Part shown: positions 45,817-57,524 of the stretch, piece after piece | Position numbering within the stretch: the stretch's first letter is position 1 | Layout of the letters: the number at the start of each line of letters is the position of its first letter | Origin: Pseudonocardiaceae bacterium | GTDB lineage: Bacteria; Actinomycetota; Actinomycetes; Mycobacteriales; Pseudonocardiaceae | Assembly (NCBI GenBank): GCA_035714625.1 | Contig: DASTLT010000169.1 | Location: forward strand, 3,856 to 67,855 | DNA: 64,000 nt | Reading direction: 5' to 3' | Notes under the pieces: generated by a model | Told to the model about the DNA's origin: nothing | The model's input: the letters and a program-made list of their open reading frames with translations, nothing else | Database searches by the model: none | Position numbers and translations under genes: made by a program

Positions 45817-47109
45817 TCAGGCATGATGCTGGCCTTGCGGCGGCAGGAAGTCGAGGACGTCCTTGCCGAGGTAAGGCCTCAGCACGTCGGGGACCCGCAC
45901 CCGGCCGTCTGGCATCTGGCCGTGCTCGATGATTGCGGCCCAGAGCCGCGGCGTGGCGAGGCCGGAGCCATTGAGCGTGTATACCGGTCGAGTGCCACTC
46001 TCGGTGCGAACCCGGATGTTGCTGCGGCGGGCTTGGAAGTCGGTGAAGTTGCCGACCGAGGACACCTCCAGCCAGCGGTCCACCCCGGGCGAGTACACCT
46101 CCAGGTCATAGATGCGTGCGGAGGAGAACGTAAGATCCCCGGTGGCGAGGTCGACGACGCGGTAAGGAAGCTGCAGTTGCTGGAGGGTGCGTTCGGCGTC
46201 GGCCAGCAGTTCCTCGAACTCCTGCTCGACGGTGTCCGGCAAGCACAGCCGTACCAGCTCCACCTTGTGAAACTCGTGTAGCCGCTGCATCCCCCGAGTA
46301 TCCTTGCCGGCACTGCCCGCTTCGCGCCGAAAGCAGGATGTGTAGGTCATGTAGCGGCGCGGGAGGTCGTCTTGGTGGAGAATCTCGTCCCGGTGCAGCG
46401 CAGTGAGTGGTACTTCACCAGTCGGCACAGCCCAGAAATCGTCAAGGGTGGTGGCATAGGCGTCGTCGGCGAACTTCGGGAGATGTCCCGTTCCTACCAT
46501 GATCGGTTGCCGGACCAGGTGCGGAACCACCAGCTCCTCGTAGGTGGGCCGGTGCAGGTCCAGACCGAACGACACGAGTGCCCGCAGCAGTTGGGCACCG
46601 TCACCGCGAAGGACCGCGAACCCCGAGCCGCTGAGCTTGGCCGCGCGCTCCGGATCGAAGATGCCGAGGTCACCGGCCACCTCCCAGTGCGGTCGCGCGG
46701 CTGACCGTGGGATAGCTTCCGGCCCACCGTGACGTACCACAACGTTCGCCGACTCGTCATCACCGATCGGCGCCTGGGGGTCGGGCAGGTTTGGCAGCTC
46801 CAGGAGCAGGCTCATGGATGCCTCCTCGGCCTGCCGGTACTCCTCCTCCAACTCCGCGATGTGTCCCTTGAGTTCGGCCAGCTTCGCCCGGAGGACATCG
46901 GCAGCCGGATCCTTGGCAGCGACGAGACGTCCCATCTCCTTCGAACGCTGGTTCATCTGCGACCGTCGCTCGTCGAGCTTCGTTCGGACCTGGCGACGGC
47001 GTACCACTGAGTCTCGTGCGAGGTACACCTTCGCTGGATCGAGGCCCTTCGTCGCCAGACGCTTGGCGACGTCATCGGTGTGGTCCAAGATCAGGTCGAG
47101 GTCGAGCAC
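45817..47109 (-). CDS. serS: serine--tRNA ligase
   Basis: 430 aa. Coiled-coil N-terminal arm. Class II motifs FRREAGSAGKDTRGMQRLHEFHKVE and TLNGSGLATPRLWAAIIE. GTG start with GGAG 5 nt upstream. Confidence 0.88.
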   Translation of the reverse strand: MLDLDLILDHTDDVAKRLATKGLDPAKVYLARDSVVRRRQVRTKLDERRSQMNQRSKEMGRLVAAKDPAADVLRAKLAELKGHIAELEEEYRQAEEASMSLLLELPNLPDPQAPIGDDESANVVVRHGGPEAIPRSAARPHWEVAGDLGIFDPERAAKLSGSGFAVLRGDGAQLLRALVSFGLDLHRPTYEELVVPHLVRQPIMVGTGHLPKFADDAYATTLDDFWAVPTGEVPLTALHRDEILHQDDLPRRYMTYTSCFRREAGSAGKDTRGMQRLHEFHKVELVRLCLPDTVEQEFEELLADAERTLQQLQLPYRVVDLATGDLTFSSARIYDLEVYSPGVDRWLEVSSVGNFTDFQARRSNIRVRTESGTRPVYTLNGSGLATPRLWAAIIEHGQMPDGRVRVPDVLRPYLGKDVLDFLPPQGQHHA

Positions 47110-47428
47110 GCTTTCTCCGTAAGTTCGTTGTCCGGACTCGAGACGATCCGACGAGTCCGGGGCCTGGGGCAGCGCTCAGCCTACGCCCAGCGGGAGGCCG
47201 GAGACACGCAGGTATGAGGTCATACGAAGAACGCATGACCCACCGGATAGATTACTTCCGGTGCAACTGGCGGATTCCGGCGAGGTCATAACCGTCAATG
47301 AGACGAGTCGTGCAGAGTATGTCGGGAGCAAGGGCTGCGTCGTCAGGAACCCACGGGTCAGTGTCCTACCGCTAACCGAGGACCGAGGTCGGAGGGGGTC
47401 CGTTTCGCAGCAGGTGTGGGACTCGTGT

Positions 47429-49258
47429 TTAGAGCCCAAGGTCAGCTTCGAAGGCGGCTCCGGTGAGGCGCTCGGAGATGGTGGTGAGGAACCGGGCGGC
47501 GTCGGCGCCGTCCACCAGTCGGTGGTCATAGGACAGCGCCAGGTAGATGATCGAGCGGATCGCGATACTGTCCCCATCCGGACCGGAGAGCACCGCGGGA
47601 CGCTTGACCACGGTGCCGGTGCCGAGGATCCCGACCTGCGGTTGCAGGATGATCGGGGTGTCGAACAGCGCTCCGCGCGAGCCGGTGTTGCTGATCGTGA
47701 AGGTCCCCCCGCTCATCTCATCCGGAGTGATCTTGTTCGATCTGGTCCGCTCGGCGAGATCGGCGATCCGGCGGGCCAATCCGGCGATGTTCAGGTCGCC
47801 CGCGTCGTGGATCACCGGTACCAGCAGCCCGCGCTCGGTGTCGACCGCGATGCCCAGATGCTCGGCACCGTGGTAGATGACCTCGCCCTTCTCGGTATTG
47901 ATCGAGGCGTTGACTTTCGGATGCTGCTTCAACGCCTCGACGGTGGCCTTGGCGAAGAACGGCAGGAAGGACAGCTTGACGCCCTCCCGGGCCTGGAAAG
48001 CCTGCTTCGCCCGATCACGCAACGCCGCGAGATGGGTGATGTCGGCCTCGACCACGGTGGTGAGCTGGGCGGAGATCTGCAGTGACTCCACCATCCGCTT
48101 GGCGATCACACTGCGCATCCGGGACAGCTTCTCAGTCTTCCCGCGCAGCTCCGAGACGGCGACCGGTGGCCTGGCCGCGGATGGCCGCTCGGGGGGTGCC
48201 TGGGCTGCAGAGGTCTGCTCAGCGGGCTGCGGCTTGTGCTGCTCGACGGCAGCCAGGACGTCCTGCTTACGGATCCGGCCGCCAACGCCGGTGCCCTGCA
48301 CGCTCGACAGGTCAACACCGTGCTCCGCGGCGAGCTTGCGTACCAGCGGCGTGACGTACGGAGCACCGCCAGCCCCGTCATGGTCGGCGGCGGGAACCGG
48401 GGCGGATTCCCTCGCCGGCGCACGCCGCGCGGCCGGTGCGCTCTGCGCCGGGGGCACTGACTGTCGCGGTGGCTCCGGTTCTGCGGACGGCTCCGGTTGT
48501 GCGGCCGGCTCGGGCCGTGCGTCCTGCTCAGCCTGAGTGGCGGGCTGGGGTTCGGCGGGCTGGTGGCGGGGGGCAGGGGCACTGCTGACATCGCCGACGG
48601 TGGCGAGCTGGGCGCCGACCTCGACGGTGTCGTCCTCGGGGACCAGAATCTCCAGCACCGTGCCGGACACCGGAGAGGGGATCTCGGTGTCCACCTTGTC
48701 GGTCGACACCTCCAGCAGCGGCTCGTCCTGCTGCACGGGGTCACCGACCCGCTTGAGCCAGCGGGTCACCGTGCCCTCGGTCACGCTCTCACCGAGCGCG
48801 GGCATCCGGATCGGCGTACCGGATCCGCTGGCACCAGCACCATCGGATCCGGGGCCACCCGAGCCAGGGTCGGATGCTCCCACACCGTTGGGGGTGGGCG
48901 CGGCGGTCGGTTCGGGCTCAGGTGGTGCGAAACGGGTCGGCTCAGGCTTGAACTGCTGTGGCTGGCGCGCGGCCACCGTCTCGGGTAGTTGCCAGCCGGA
49001 GTCCGGGCGGGGGACCCGGCTGGAGTCAGCGATCACCGCGAGCTGCGCGCCGACCTGGACCGTCTCGTCCTCGGCGACCACGATCCGCTGCAATATCCCG
49101 GCCGCAGGCGAGGGGATCTCGGTGTCCACCTTGTCGGTCGACACCTCAACCAGCGGTTCATCCAGCTCGACGGAATCACCCTCCTGCTTGAGCCAGCGGG
49201 TCACCGTTCCCTCGGTGACGCTCTCGCCGAGCGCAGGCATCTCCACGGCGTACGCCAT
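47429..49258 (-). CDS. sucB: dihydrolipoamide acyl(succinyl/acetyl)transferase E2 with two lipoyl domains
   Basis: 609 aa. Two [18 protein letters not shown]...[14 protein letters not shown] lipoyl domains, a PSBD ([16 protein letters not shown]) and a catalytic domain with DHRLVDG. Confidence 0.9.
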   Translation of the reverse strand: MAYAVEMPALGESVTEGTVTRWLKQEGDSVELDEPLVEVSTDKVDTEIPSPAAGILQRIVVAEDETVQVGAQLAVIADSSRVPRPDSGWQLPETVAARQPQQFKPEPTRFAPPEPEPTAAPTPNGVGASDPGSGGPGSDGAGASGSGTPIRMPALGESVTEGTVTRWLKRVGDPVQQDEPLLEVSTDKVDTEIPSPVSGTVLEILVPEDDTVEVGAQLATVGDVSSAPAPRHQPAEPQPATQAEQDARPEPAAQPEPSAEPEPPRQSVPPAQSAPAARRAPARESAPVPAADHDGAGGAPYVTPLVRKLAAEHGVDLSSVQGTGVGGRIRKQDVLAAVEQHKPQPAEQTSAAQAPPERPSAARPPVAVSELRGKTEKLSRMRSVIAKRMVESLQISAQLTTVVEADITHLAALRDRAKQAFQAREGVKLSFLPFFAKATVEALKQHPKVNASINTEKGEVIYHGAEHLGIAVDTERGLLVPVIHDAGDLNIAGLARRIADLAERTRSNKITPDEMSGGTFTISNTGSRGALFDTPIILQPQVGILGTGTVVKRPAVLSGPDGDSIAIRSIIYLALSYDHRLVDGADAARFLTTISERLTGAAFEADLGL

Positions 49259-49301
49259 CTGTTGCCTCGACTCCTCGTCCTTCTTGCGGTCTTTCCTTCG
49301 A

Positions 49302-50687
49302 TCAGCCGTGCACGTGCAGCGGCTTGCCGGCCAGCGCGAGATGGGCCTCGCCGAGGGCCTCGTTCTGCGTGGGATGGGCGTGCACCAAAGCGGCGACGTC
49401 CTCGGGGTACGCTTCCCAGTTGAAGATCAACTGTGCCTCGCCGACCAGCTCGCCGACCCGGGCTCCGACCATGTGCAGTCCCACCACCGGGCCGCCCTTC
49501 GCCCGCACCAGTTTGATCGCGCCCTTCGTCTGCAGGATCAGGCTCTTGCCGTTCCCGGCCAGGTCGTAGGTGATCGTCTCAATCTCGGGATAGCGCTCCT
49601 TGGCCTGCGACTCGGTGAGCCCGACCGAAGCGATCTCCGGCTCACAGTAGGTCACTCGCGGGATGCCGTCCTCGTCGACCGGGTTCGGGTTCAGCCCGGC
49701 GATCTCCTCGGCGAGGAAGATGCCCTGCGCGAACCCGCGGTGCGCCAGTTGCAGCCCAGGCACGATATCACCGAGCGCATACACCCCAGGCAGGTTGGTG
49801 CGCAGCCGCTGGTCGGTGAGCACGAAGCCGCGCTCCATCCGCACTCCCGCCTCGTGGTAGCCGGCGTCGGCGGTGTTCGGGCCGCGCCCCACGGCGACCA
49901 ACAGCAGGTCGGCGTCGAACTGCTCACCGGACTCCAGGCTCACCGTGACGCCCGTGGCGGACTGCTCAGCACCGGTGAACCGCACCCCGGTCTTGAACGT
50001 GATGCCGCGGCGGCGGAAAGCCCGCTCCAGTTGCTTGGAGGAGAAGTCGTCCTCGGCCGGGACGAGCCGGGGCAGCGCCTCGATGACGATGACCTCGGCC
50101 CCGAAGGAGCGCCACACGCTGGCGAACTCGACACCGATCACCCCCCCGCCCAGCACCACCACCCGCTCCGGCACATAGTCCAGGTGCAGCGCCTGGTCGC
50201 TGGTGATGACCCGGCCCCCGATCTCCAGCCCGGGCAGGGACCTGGCGTAAGACCCGGTGGCCAGCACGACAGCGTGCCCGGAGTAATGCTGACCGTCGAC
50301 CTCGACAGCACCCGGCGCGACGAAGCGTCCGTTGCCCTCGACATAGGTGATCCCCCGGGATGACACCAGCCCCTGCAGGCCCTTGTACATCCGCGCGACC
50401 ACGCCGTCCTTGTACTTGTTCACCCCACCCATATCGACGCCTTCGAGCGCGGTTTTCACGCCGAACTGGTGAGCGTCGCGGGCGGCGTCGGCCACCTCCG
50501 CGGCATGCAGCAGCGCCTTGGTCGGGATGCAACCGCGGTGCAGGCAGGTGCCGCCCAGCTTGTCCTTCTCCACCAGGACCACGGACAAGCCAAGCTGCGC
50601 GCCCCGCAGGGCGCAGGCGTAACCGCCCGAGCCGCCACCCAGAATCACCAGGTCAGCAGGGCCGGGGGTGGCCGGGGTGTCGGTCAC
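49302..50687 (-). CDS. lpdA: dihydrolipoyl dehydrogenase
   Basis: Start moved to GTG 50687 (7 nt after GAGGAG): [23 protein letters not shown]. Redox-active [13 protein letters not shown]. 461 aa. Confidence 0.9.
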   Translation of the reverse strand: MTDTPATPGPADLVILGGGSGGYACALRGAQLGLSVVLVEKDKLGGTCLHRGCIPTKALLHAAEVADAARDAHQFGVKTALEGVDMGGVNKYKDGVVARMYKGLQGLVSSRGITYVEGNGRFVAPGAVEVDGQHYSGHAVVLATGSYARSLPGLEIGGRVITSDQALHLDYVPERVVVLGGGVIGVEFASVWRSFGAEVIVIEALPRLVPAEDDFSSKQLERAFRRRGITFKTGVRFTGAEQSATGVTVSLESGEQFDADLLLVAVGRGPNTADAGYHEAGVRMERGFVLTDQRLRTNLPGVYALGDIVPGLQLAHRGFAQGIFLAEEIAGLNPNPVDEDGIPRVTYCEPEIASVGLTESQAKERYPEIETITYDLAGNGKSLILQTKGAIKLVRAKGGPVVGLHMVGARVGELVGEAQLIFNWEAYPEDVAALVHAHPTQNEALGEAHLALAGKPLHVHG

Positions 50688-50780
50688 TGAGAAGCTCCTC
50701 AAGCAGATGTCGGTACCGTGGCGCTGCCCGTCGCAGGCGGGCGCCCCAGCCATCTTGTCACCACGCCTCGCGCTCTTGCG

Positions 50781-51242
50781 ATGTGGGCGCGGAGGTGCTG
50801 GCGCCCAGAAAGGGTGGGCAGAAATCCCCTGAACGGGTGCGTTGTGCTGGCAGGATTGCGGGAAGTACCGGCGAAGGCGAGGAGGTGGCTGGGGGTGGGC
50901 CTGTTCGATCGGCTCCGGCGTCGCGGGCGGCCAGGGACGAGGCACGCGGCGTCCACAGCGGACATCGACCATCTCGAGCAGTGGGCTGGCGCCCGGCGAG
51001 GAGTGGAGGCATACGTCGAGCCCCGCACCACGGTCACCGATATCACCGTGGTGCTGGTCGCGCACGACGGGGAGTGGACCCGGCGCCGGGTGGGCAGCGG
51101 CGCGGACGCGCAGCGGCTGGGCAGGCGGTTAGGCATCCCGGTCTACGACGTAGCCAAGATCGGTTACCCGCAGCGGATGCGGGACTACACCGCCCGGCAG
51201 CGCATCCTGCGGGAGCGCGAACAGGGCGCGGACAGCCCGTAA
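50781..51242 (+). CDS. conserved hypothetical protein (start uncertain)
   Basis: Good coding character in the C-terminal two-thirds (DIDHLEQWAGARRGVEAYVEPRTTVTDITVVLVAHDGEWTRRRVG...GIPVYDV...GYPQRMRDY). Candidate starts are ATG 50781 and GTG 50844. Confidence 0.4.
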   Translation: MWARRCWRPERVGRNPLNGCVVLAGLREVPAKARRWLGVGLFDRLRRRGRPGTRHAASTADIDHLEQWAGARRGVEAYVEPRTTVTDITVVLVAHDGEWTRRRVGSGADAQRLGRRLGIPVYDVAKIGYPQRMRDYTARQRILREREQGADSP

Positions 51243-51274
51243 CCCGGTGCCGCGTCAGCCCGGTGCCGCGTCCG
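51243..51274. repeat. 16-bp tandem duplication CCCGGTGCCGCGTC(AG/CG) in the gap before the pepA stop
   Basis: Copies at 51243-51258 and 51259-51274. The first copy carries a TCAGCC resembling the true pepA end TCAGCC at 51276. Confidence 0.75.
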
Positions 51275-51275
51275 G

Positions 51276-52784
51276 TCAGCCGTGCTCGGCGATGTCGGTA
51301 AGCACGGCGGCTAACGTGCGCACCGGCACTCCGGTACCACCCTTGCCGGTGTAGCCCCACGGCGAGCCAGTGTTGTAGGCCGGGCCCGCCACATCCAGGT
51401 GCGCCCAGGCGACACCATCGGGGACGAACTCGGAAAGGAACACCCCGGCGGCGAGCATCCCGCCCCAGCGATGGCTCATCACATTGGCGATGTCGGCGAG
51501 CTTGGAGTCCAGGTCGGACCGCAGGTGATCGGGCAGCGGCATGGCCCACCCGTTCTCCCCGACCGTTTGGGAGATGGCGGTGACCCGGTCCCGGAACTCC
51601 GGAGTGCCCATGATTCCCGGGGTGCGGGTGCCCAGGGCGACCATTTGCGCGCCGGTCAGCGTGGCGGTGTCGATAATGTAGTCTGGGTTATCCTGGGCTG
51701 CGCGGACCAGCGCGTCGGCCAGCACCAGCCGTCCCTCGGCATCGGTGTTGAGCACCTCGACCGTGGTGCCGCCGTACATCGTGAGCACGTCCCCTGGCCG
51801 GTAGGCGGTGCCCGAGGGCATGTTCTCGGCCATCGGCACGGTGGCGATCACCTCGAGTGGCAGCTCGAGCCGGGCGGCCAGCACGGTGGTGACGACCACG
51901 GCAGCCGCCCCCGCCATGTCCATCGTCATCTCCTCCATCTTCGCCGCCGGTTTGATCGAGATCCCGCCGGTGTCGAAGGTGATCCCCTTGCCGACCAGGG
52001 CCACCTTCGCTCTCGACTCGGCCGGGAGGTAATGCAGCCGGACCAGCCGCGGTGGCCGCGACGATCCGCTGCCGACCCCGACGATGCCGCCGTAGCCCTC
52101 GCGGTGCAGTGCCCGCTCGTCGAGTACCTCGGTGCGCAGCCCAGCCTGCTCGGCCAGCGTCACCGCCCGCTCGGCGAAGGACGCCGGATAGAGGTCATTG
52201 GGTGGGGTGTTCACCAGGTCCCGGGCGGTCAGCACGGCGTCGGCCACCGCCGCGGCTCTGGCCAGCTCTTGTTCCGCCGTGGCCGTGCCGGTCGAGGGCA
52301 CCGCCAGATCCATCTGCCCGAGCGGTCCCTCCCCGTTCTGCGACCGGTAGGCGGTGAAGGCATACCCTCCCAGGGCTGCCCCCTCCGCCGCTGCGGCCAG
52401 ATCGATCCGGGACAGCGTGGTGACCGCCCTGGCCGTGCCGGTCAGCGCGCGGGCCGCGGCTCCCGCGGCCCGGCGCACCTGCTCGCCGGTGGGCTGGCCC
52501 TCGACCGCACCGAGACCGGTGGCAACCAGCAGCGGAGCCGCCACGGCGCCGCGGGTTGGTACCTTGACCACCTCATCGGACTTGCCCCGGGCGCCCAGCA
52601 CGGCGAGCAGGTCGGCGAGCCCGCCGTCGAACGCCGCGGCCACGTCGTCGGCCCCGTCCGCCAGCTTGGCCCGCCCTTCACTTGCTACGGTGCCCACCAC
52701 GAGGGCATCGACTTCGGCGGCGGTCACCGCGGCGTCGGTGAGGCGCAAGGTCGGGCTGGTCACAGTCGTCTCCTCGCCGATCAA
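51276..52784 (-). CDS. pepA: leucyl aminopeptidase (M17)
   Basis: 502 aa. Signature [14 protein letters not shown] and [11 protein letters not shown]. Confidence 0.9.
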   Translation of the reverse strand: MIGEETTVTSPTLRLTDAAVTAAEVDALVVGTVASEGRAKLADGADDVAAAFDGGLADLLAVLGARGKSDEVVKVPTRGAVAAPLLVATGLGAVEGQPTGEQVRRAAGAAARALTGTARAVTTLSRIDLAAAAEGAALGGYAFTAYRSQNGEGPLGQMDLAVPSTGTATAEQELARAAAVADAVLTARDLVNTPPNDLYPASFAERAVTLAEQAGLRTEVLDERALHREGYGGIVGVGSGSSRPPRLVRLHYLPAESRAKVALVGKGITFDTGGISIKPAAKMEEMTMDMAGAAAVVVTTVLAARLELPLEVIATVPMAENMPSGTAYRPGDVLTMYGGTTVEVLNTDAEGRLVLADALVRAAQDNPDYIIDTATLTGAQMVALGTRTPGIMGTPEFRDRVTAISQTVGENGWAMPLPDHLRSDLDSKLADIANVMSHRWGGMLAAGVFLSEFVPDGVAWAHLDVAGPAYNTGSPWGYTGKGGTGVPVRTLAAVLTDIAEHG

Positions 52785-52908
52785 GCCAGGTGCTTGCGGG
52801 TGCTTGCGATGCTAACCACGCGGGTTCGGCCCGCCCGGGCCGGGCTGGTTGTCCAGGCGGGTGGCCGCGGCACCGGCCGGGTCGGGGAGGCAGTAGCGTC
52901 CCGGAACC

Positions 52909-54009
52909 GTGAGCACACACCTGCGCCGCGGGCCCCTGCATGACGCCCACATCGAACTCGGCGCCACCCTGGGGCCGTTCGGTGGCTGGGAGATGCCGAT
53001 CCAGTACGCCGGGGCGGGCGTCCTCACCGAACACACCGTAGTCCGCGAAGCGGTCGGCGTGTTCGATGTCACCCACCTGGGTAAGGTCACCGTCACAGGT
53101 CCGGGGGCGGCGGAGTTCGTCAACTCCTGCCTCACCGCCGACCTCAGCCGGATCGGGCCGGGGCAGGCCCAGTACACGCTGTGCTGTGCCGAGGACGGGG
53201 GCGTGCTGGACGACCTGATCACCTACCTGGTCGGCCCGGACGAGGTGTTCTGCGTGCCGAACGCCGCGAACACCGGGGAGGTCGGTCGCCGGCTGGCTGC
53301 CGCGGCACCCCTCGGGGTGGCCGTGACCAACCGGCACGACGAGTACGCCGTGCTCGCCGTGCAGGGACCCCGGTCGCCCGACGTGCTCGCTGCGCTCGGC
53401 CTGCCGACCGGGATGGATTACATGGCCTTCACCGACGCGCAGTACGCCGGCCTACCGGTGCGGGTGGGTCGCAGCGGCTATACCGGTGAGCGTGGCTACG
53501 AGCTGCTGTCGACCTGGGCCGATGCGCCGGCCTGGTGGGAAGCACTGCTCGCCGCCGCCGCCCCGCTGGGCGGTCGCGCCTGCGGGCTCGGTGCCCGTGA
53601 CACGCTGCGCACCGAGATGGGCTACCCGCTGCACGGCCAGGACCTCGGACCGGACATCACCCCACTGCAGGGTGGTGCCTCCTGGGCGGTCGGCTGGGAC
53701 AAGCCGGTGTTCTGGGGGCGGGCGGCCCTGCTCGCCGAGCGCGAGCGCGGCCCGGTCCGGCGGCTGCGCGGGCTGCGCGCCACCGGACGCGGGGTGCCCC
53801 GGCCGCACATGCCGGTCCGCGACCGGCAAGGGGTGGTGCTGGGCGAGACCACCTCGGGCACCTTCTCCCCCACCCTGCGCACCGGCATCGCACTGGCCCT
53901 GCTCGCCACCACGGTGCGGGTGGGAGACACCGTCGAGGTGGACGTCCGGGGCCGGGCGCTGCCCTGCGAGGTGGTCAAGACCCCCTTCGTGCCTTCCCGG
54001 GTGCGCTAG
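52909..54009 (+). CDS. gcvT: glycine cleavage system aminomethyltransferase (T protein)
   Basis: 366 aa. [40 protein letters not shown]. Confidence 0.9.
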   Translation: MSTHLRRGPLHDAHIELGATLGPFGGWEMPIQYAGAGVLTEHTVVREAVGVFDVTHLGKVTVTGPGAAEFVNSCLTADLSRIGPGQAQYTLCCAEDGGVLDDLITYLVGPDEVFCVPNAANTGEVGRRLAAAAPLGVAVTNRHDEYAVLAVQGPRSPDVLAALGLPTGMDYMAFTDAQYAGLPVRVGRSGYTGERGYELLSTWADAPAWWEALLAAAAPLGGRACGLGARDTLRTEMGYPLHGQDLGPDITPLQGGASWAVGWDKPVFWGRAALLAERERGPVRRLRGLRATGRGVPRPHMPVRDRQGVVLGETTSGTFSPTLRTGIALALLATTVRVGDTVEVDVRGRALPCEVVKTPFVPSRVR

Positions 54010-54019
54010 CGCACCCGGG
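53996..54019. terminator. perfect 11-bp inverted repeat centred on the gcvT stop codon
   Basis: CCCGGGTGCGC-TA-GCGCACCCGGG. It lies between the convergent gcvT and galK genes and has no U-tract. Confidence 0.4.
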
Positions 54020-54036
54020 AAGCGGGGAGATGCGCG

Positions 54037-55173
54037 TCATAGCTCGCATCGCCACTCCTGGGGCACGGGGTAGCCGTGGCGGGTGGCTGCGCGGCGCACG
54101 GCGTCGGTCACCGTGGTGCTCGCTGCCCGCTCCACCAGCGCCAGCGCCGAGCCCCCGAATCCACCGCCGGTCATCCGGGCACCCAGCGCCCCGGCGGCGC
54201 GGGCGGCATCCACCGCACAGTCCAGCTCGGGACTGGACACCTCGTAGTCGTCCCGCAGGGAGGCGTGCGAGGCGTCCAGCAGTGGGCCGATCTCGCGGAT
54301 CCGGCCCACCGTCAGCAGCCGCACCACCTCCCGCACCCGGGCGATCTCGCTGACCACGTGCCGGGCCCGGCGGCGCAGCAGCGGGTCGGCCAGGCCGTCC
54401 ACGTCGCCGGCTTCCCGCAACGTGGGTACCCCCAGCGCGGCGGCGGCCTGCTCCGCGCTGCGCCGTCGCGCGGCGTACTGCCCCTCGACCAGGTGGTGCC
54501 GTACCCGGGTGTCGATCACCAGCAGGGCCAGCCCTGCCCCGGTCAGATCCAGCGGTACCTGCTGTGTCGTCCCATCCCGGCAGTCCAGCAGCAGGGCGTG
54601 GCCGGGAAGGCAGCACAGCGACGCGAGCTGGTCCATCCCGCCGGCTGGAACGCCGACGATCTCGTTCTCGGCGCGGCGGCAGGCCGCGGCCAGCACCGCC
54701 CGCCCAGTGTCGCTGCCGGCCAGGCCGAGCCCGCAGAGCGCATCCACGGCCAAGGCGACGGCGCACTCCAGCGCCGCGGAGGAGGCCAGCCCGGCGCCGG
54801 GCGGGACCGACTCGCCGACCAGGAGGTCGAGCCCACCGGCGGGCTGGCCCAGCGCCCACACCACCCCGGCCGGATAGCCGGCCCATCCCGGTGGGTGGCC
54901 CGGCCGCACCTCGTGGCGCAAGCCTTCCCACGATCGGGCCCCGGAGAGCCGGGAACGCAGCCGCAGCAGGCCGTCGTCGCGGGCTGCGGCGGCCACCTCG
55001 GTGCACCGCGGCAGCGCCACCGGCAGGCACAGCCCCCCCGCGTAGTCCACGTGCTCACCGATCAGGTTCACCCGGCCCGGCGCGGACCACAGCCCGCCGG
55101 GGGCCCGGGCGAATGCGGCGCGAAACGCCGCTGCGGTGCTCGGCTCAGCCACCCCACCCCACCTCGCTGACAC
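54037..55173 (-). CDS. galK: galactokinase
   Basis: 378 aa. GRVNLIGEHVDY, PPGAGLASSAALE, TGGGFGGS. An alternative GTG start at 55152 would give an 8-nt overlap with galT. Confidence 0.88.
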   Translation of the reverse strand: MSARWGGVAEPSTAAAFRAAFARAPGGLWSAPGRVNLIGEHVDYAGGLCLPVALPRCTEVAAAARDDGLLRLRSRLSGARSWEGLRHEVRPGHPPGWAGYPAGVVWALGQPAGGLDLLVGESVPPGAGLASSAALECAVALAVDALCGLGLAGSDTGRAVLAAACRRAENEIVGVPAGGMDQLASLCCLPGHALLLDCRDGTTQQVPLDLTGAGLALLVIDTRVRHHLVEGQYAARRRSAEQAAAALGVPTLREAGDVDGLADPLLRRRARHVVSEIARVREVVRLLTVGRIREIGPLLDASHASLRDDYEVSSPELDCAVDAARAAGALGARMTGGGFGGSALALVERAASTTVTDAVRRAATRHGYPVPQEWRCEL

Positions 55174-56320
55174 CGCCCGCCTCCTGCTGGGCCAGCTCGG
55201 GTAGCTGCAGTTCCTGGAAGCGCCGGGCGATCCGTTCGGGCGTGGTGTCGTTGAGCCAGGCCCCCATTCCGGACTCCGACCCGGCCAGATACTTCAGCTT
55301 CCCCGCGGCCCGGCGGACCGAGAACAGTTGCAGGTGCAGCCGGATGAGCTCGCGGCCCGAGCCGACCGGGGCCTGATGCCAGCCCGCGACGTAGGGCACC
55401 GGCCCGGGGTCGCCCTGGTCGGCGAAGAAAGCGTCCACCCGCCGCAGCAGCGCCGGGTAGAGGGTGGCCAGCTCGCCGCGCTCGGCGGGGTCCAGGGCCG
55501 CGAAATCGGGCACCGCCCGGTGCGGCACCAGGTGCAGCTCCACCGGCCACCGGGCGGCGGCTGGTACGTACGCGGTCCACGCCGTGCCCTGGTGCACCAC
55601 CCGGGTGCCGGCCCGCACCTCAGCGGCGAGCAGGTCGGCCAGCAGGTCGCGGCCAGTGCGCTCGCGGTGCGCGGCGGCCTGGGCGAGCAGTCGCCGGGTG
55701 CGCGGCGGCAGGAAGGGGTAGCCGTAGATCTGGCCGTGCGGGTGGGGCAGGGTCACCCCGGTCTCCGCGCCGCGATTCTCGAAGCAGAACACCTGCGCGA
55801 TGCCGTCCACCCTGGAAAGCGCCCTGGTCCGGTCCGCCCACGCCGTGATCACCGTCGCGGCCCGGCGCGGGGTGAGCCCGGCGAACGAGGCGTCGTGCGC
55901 GCTGGTGAAGCAGACCACCTCGCAGCGGCCGGTGGCGGGCTGCTGCGGCCAGAGTGGATCGCCGTCCACCAGGTCGGGTACCGGTCCGGCAACCGGCCCG
56001 AACGAGGGGAACCGGTTGTCGAACACGACGACGTCGTAATCGCCAGCCGGGATCTCGGTCGCGGCGCCGTCCCGGCTGGGGCACAGCGGGCAGTCCGCGG
56101 TCTCGGGCAGGTGGGTGCGGTCCATCCGGTGCCCCGCGAACGTGATCCACTCGTCGGTGAGCAGGTCGAGACGCAGGGTGGGCTGTGCGGTCCGCGGGGG
56201 TAGCTCACGGGTGTCCGGACGGGCTCGGGTGGCCGTCCCGGAGAGGTAGGGCTCGCGGTCGTCGTAGTAGGTCAACTCGCGCCCGTCCGCCAGCCGAGTG
56301 CGGGTGATCCGCACCGGCAT
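55145..56320 (-). CDS. galT: galactose-1-phosphate uridylyltransferase
   Basis: Start set at ATG 56320 ([21 protein letters not shown]); an alternative ATG lies at 56380. Motifs CPLCPS (Zn), FCFENRG, and the active-site [11 protein letters not shown]. Confidence 0.85.
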   Translation of the reverse strand: MPVRITRTRLADGRELTYYDDREPYLSGTATRARPDTRELPPRTAQPTLRLDLLTDEWITFAGHRMDRTHLPETADCPLCPSRDGAATEIPAGDYDVVVFDNRFPSFGPVAGPVPDLVDGDPLWPQQPATGRCEVVCFTSAHDASFAGLTPRRAATVITAWADRTRALSRVDGIAQVFCFENRGAETGVTLPHPHGQIYGYPFLPPRTRRLLAQAAAHRERTGRDLLADLLAAEVRAGTRVVHQGTAWTAYVPAAARWPVELHLVPHRAVPDFAALDPAERGELATLYPALLRRVDAFFADQGDPGPVPYVAGWHQAPVGSGRELIRLHLQLFSVRRAAGKLKYLAGSESGMGAWLNDTTPERIARRFQELQLPELAQQEAGGVSEVGWGG

Positions 56321-56410
56321 GCGCTGCTCGCTGACCTGGCCGTCCAGGCCGGAGCCGGGAGTACTGGGACGTCCTACCATTTCGGCCCCCGACGGGTTAC
56401 CGTCCAGTGT

Positions 56411-57514
56411 ATGAGTGCCGCGCCCCAGTTCACCCGCCTGTCGCACCCGTCCCCGGCGACCCCGCAGCGGCGGGCGGAGATTCTGGCCGCACCGGGCTTC
56501 GGTGTCCACTTCACCGACCATATGGTGGACGTCCGCTGGACCGCCGGGCGGGGCTGGCACGACCCCGAGATCGGCCCGTACCGCCCGCTCGTGATGGACC
56601 CGGCGGTCATGGTGCTGCATTACGGGCAAGCGATCTTCGAAGGTCTCAAGGCCTACCGGCAACCGGATGGCAGCGTGGCCTCATTCCGCCCGTTGGCCAA
56701 CGCCGCCCGGTTCCGCGCCTCGGCGCGCCGGCTGGCCATGCCGGAGCTGCCAGACGAGCTGTTCCTCGGCTCGCTGCGGGAGTTGGTGCGCACCGACGTC
56801 GAGTGGGTGCCGGCGGCCGACGGTGAAGAGTCACTGTACCTGCGGCCGTTCCTGTTCGCCACCCAGGTGGGCCTCGGGGTGCGTCCGGCCGCGACCTACC
56901 GGTACCTGGTCATCGCCTCCCCGGCTGGCTCTTACTTCCCCGGTGGGCTCCAGCCGGTCAGCGTGTGGTTGTCCACCGAGTACGTCCGGGCAGCTCCCGG
57001 CGGCACCGGGGCGGCCAAGTTCGCCGGAAACTACGCCGCCTCCCTGCTGGCCCAGCGCCAGGCCGCCGACAAGGGCTGTGACCAGGTCGTGTGGCTGGAC
57101 GCGGTGGAGCGGCGCTGGGTGGAGGAGATGGGCGGGATGAACCTCTTCTTCGTCTTCGGTGAGGGTGACCAGGCCCGGCTGGTGACCCCGGAGCTCACCG
57201 GCACGCTGTTGCCCGGCATCACCCGCGACTCCCTGCTCACGCTGGCCCGGGACCACGGGCTGGGCGTCGAGCAGCGCCGAATCTCCACCGAGGAGTGGGA
57301 GAAGGGCGTGCAGACCGGGGATATCTCGGAGGTGTTCGCCTGCGGCACCGCAGCAGTGATCACCCCGATCGGCCGGGTGGTCTACTCCGGGGGAGAGTTC
57401 CCCATCGGCAGCGGTGAGCCTGGGCCGGTCACTAGCCAACTGCGTGCCGCACTCACCGCGATCCAGCGCGGCGCCGCACCCGACTCGCACGGCTGGATGG
57501 TCCCGCTCACCTGA
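56411..57514 (+). CDS. ilvE: branched-chain amino acid aminotransferase
   Basis: 367 aa. [29 protein letters not shown], and [10 protein letters not shown], typical of class IV aminotransferases. Confidence 0.9.
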   Translation: MSAAPQFTRLSHPSPATPQRRAEILAAPGFGVHFTDHMVDVRWTAGRGWHDPEIGPYRPLVMDPAVMVLHYGQAIFEGLKAYRQPDGSVASFRPLANAARFRASARRLAMPELPDELFLGSLRELVRTDVEWVPAADGEESLYLRPFLFATQVGLGVRPAATYRYLVIASPAGSYFPGGLQPVSVWLSTEYVRAAPGGTGAAKFAGNYAASLLAQRQAADKGCDQVVWLDAVERRWVEEMGGMNLFFVFGEGDQARLVTPELTGTLLPGITRDSLLTLARDHGLGVEQRRISTEEWEKGVQTGDISEVFACGTAAVITPIGRVVYSGGEFPIGSGEPGPVTSQLRAALTAIQRGAAPDSHGWMVPLT

Positions 57515-57524
57515 ACCGCGGTCC

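Noticed and set aside
47232-47246. T-box riboswitch in the serS leader
   Set aside because: The minus strand has only a loose resemblance (GGTGGGTCATGCG) to the conserved T-box core (GGUGGUACCGCG). The UGGG bulge would not pair with the G73-CCA end expected for tRNA-Ser. I could identify no specifier loop or stem I motifs by eye. It needs an Infernal scan.
49302-51065. 587-aa version of lpdA
   Set aside because: The FAD-binding motif begins right after GTG 50687, which has a GAGGAG SD. The upstream 126 codons have no homology and would overlap the neighbouring plus-strand gene.
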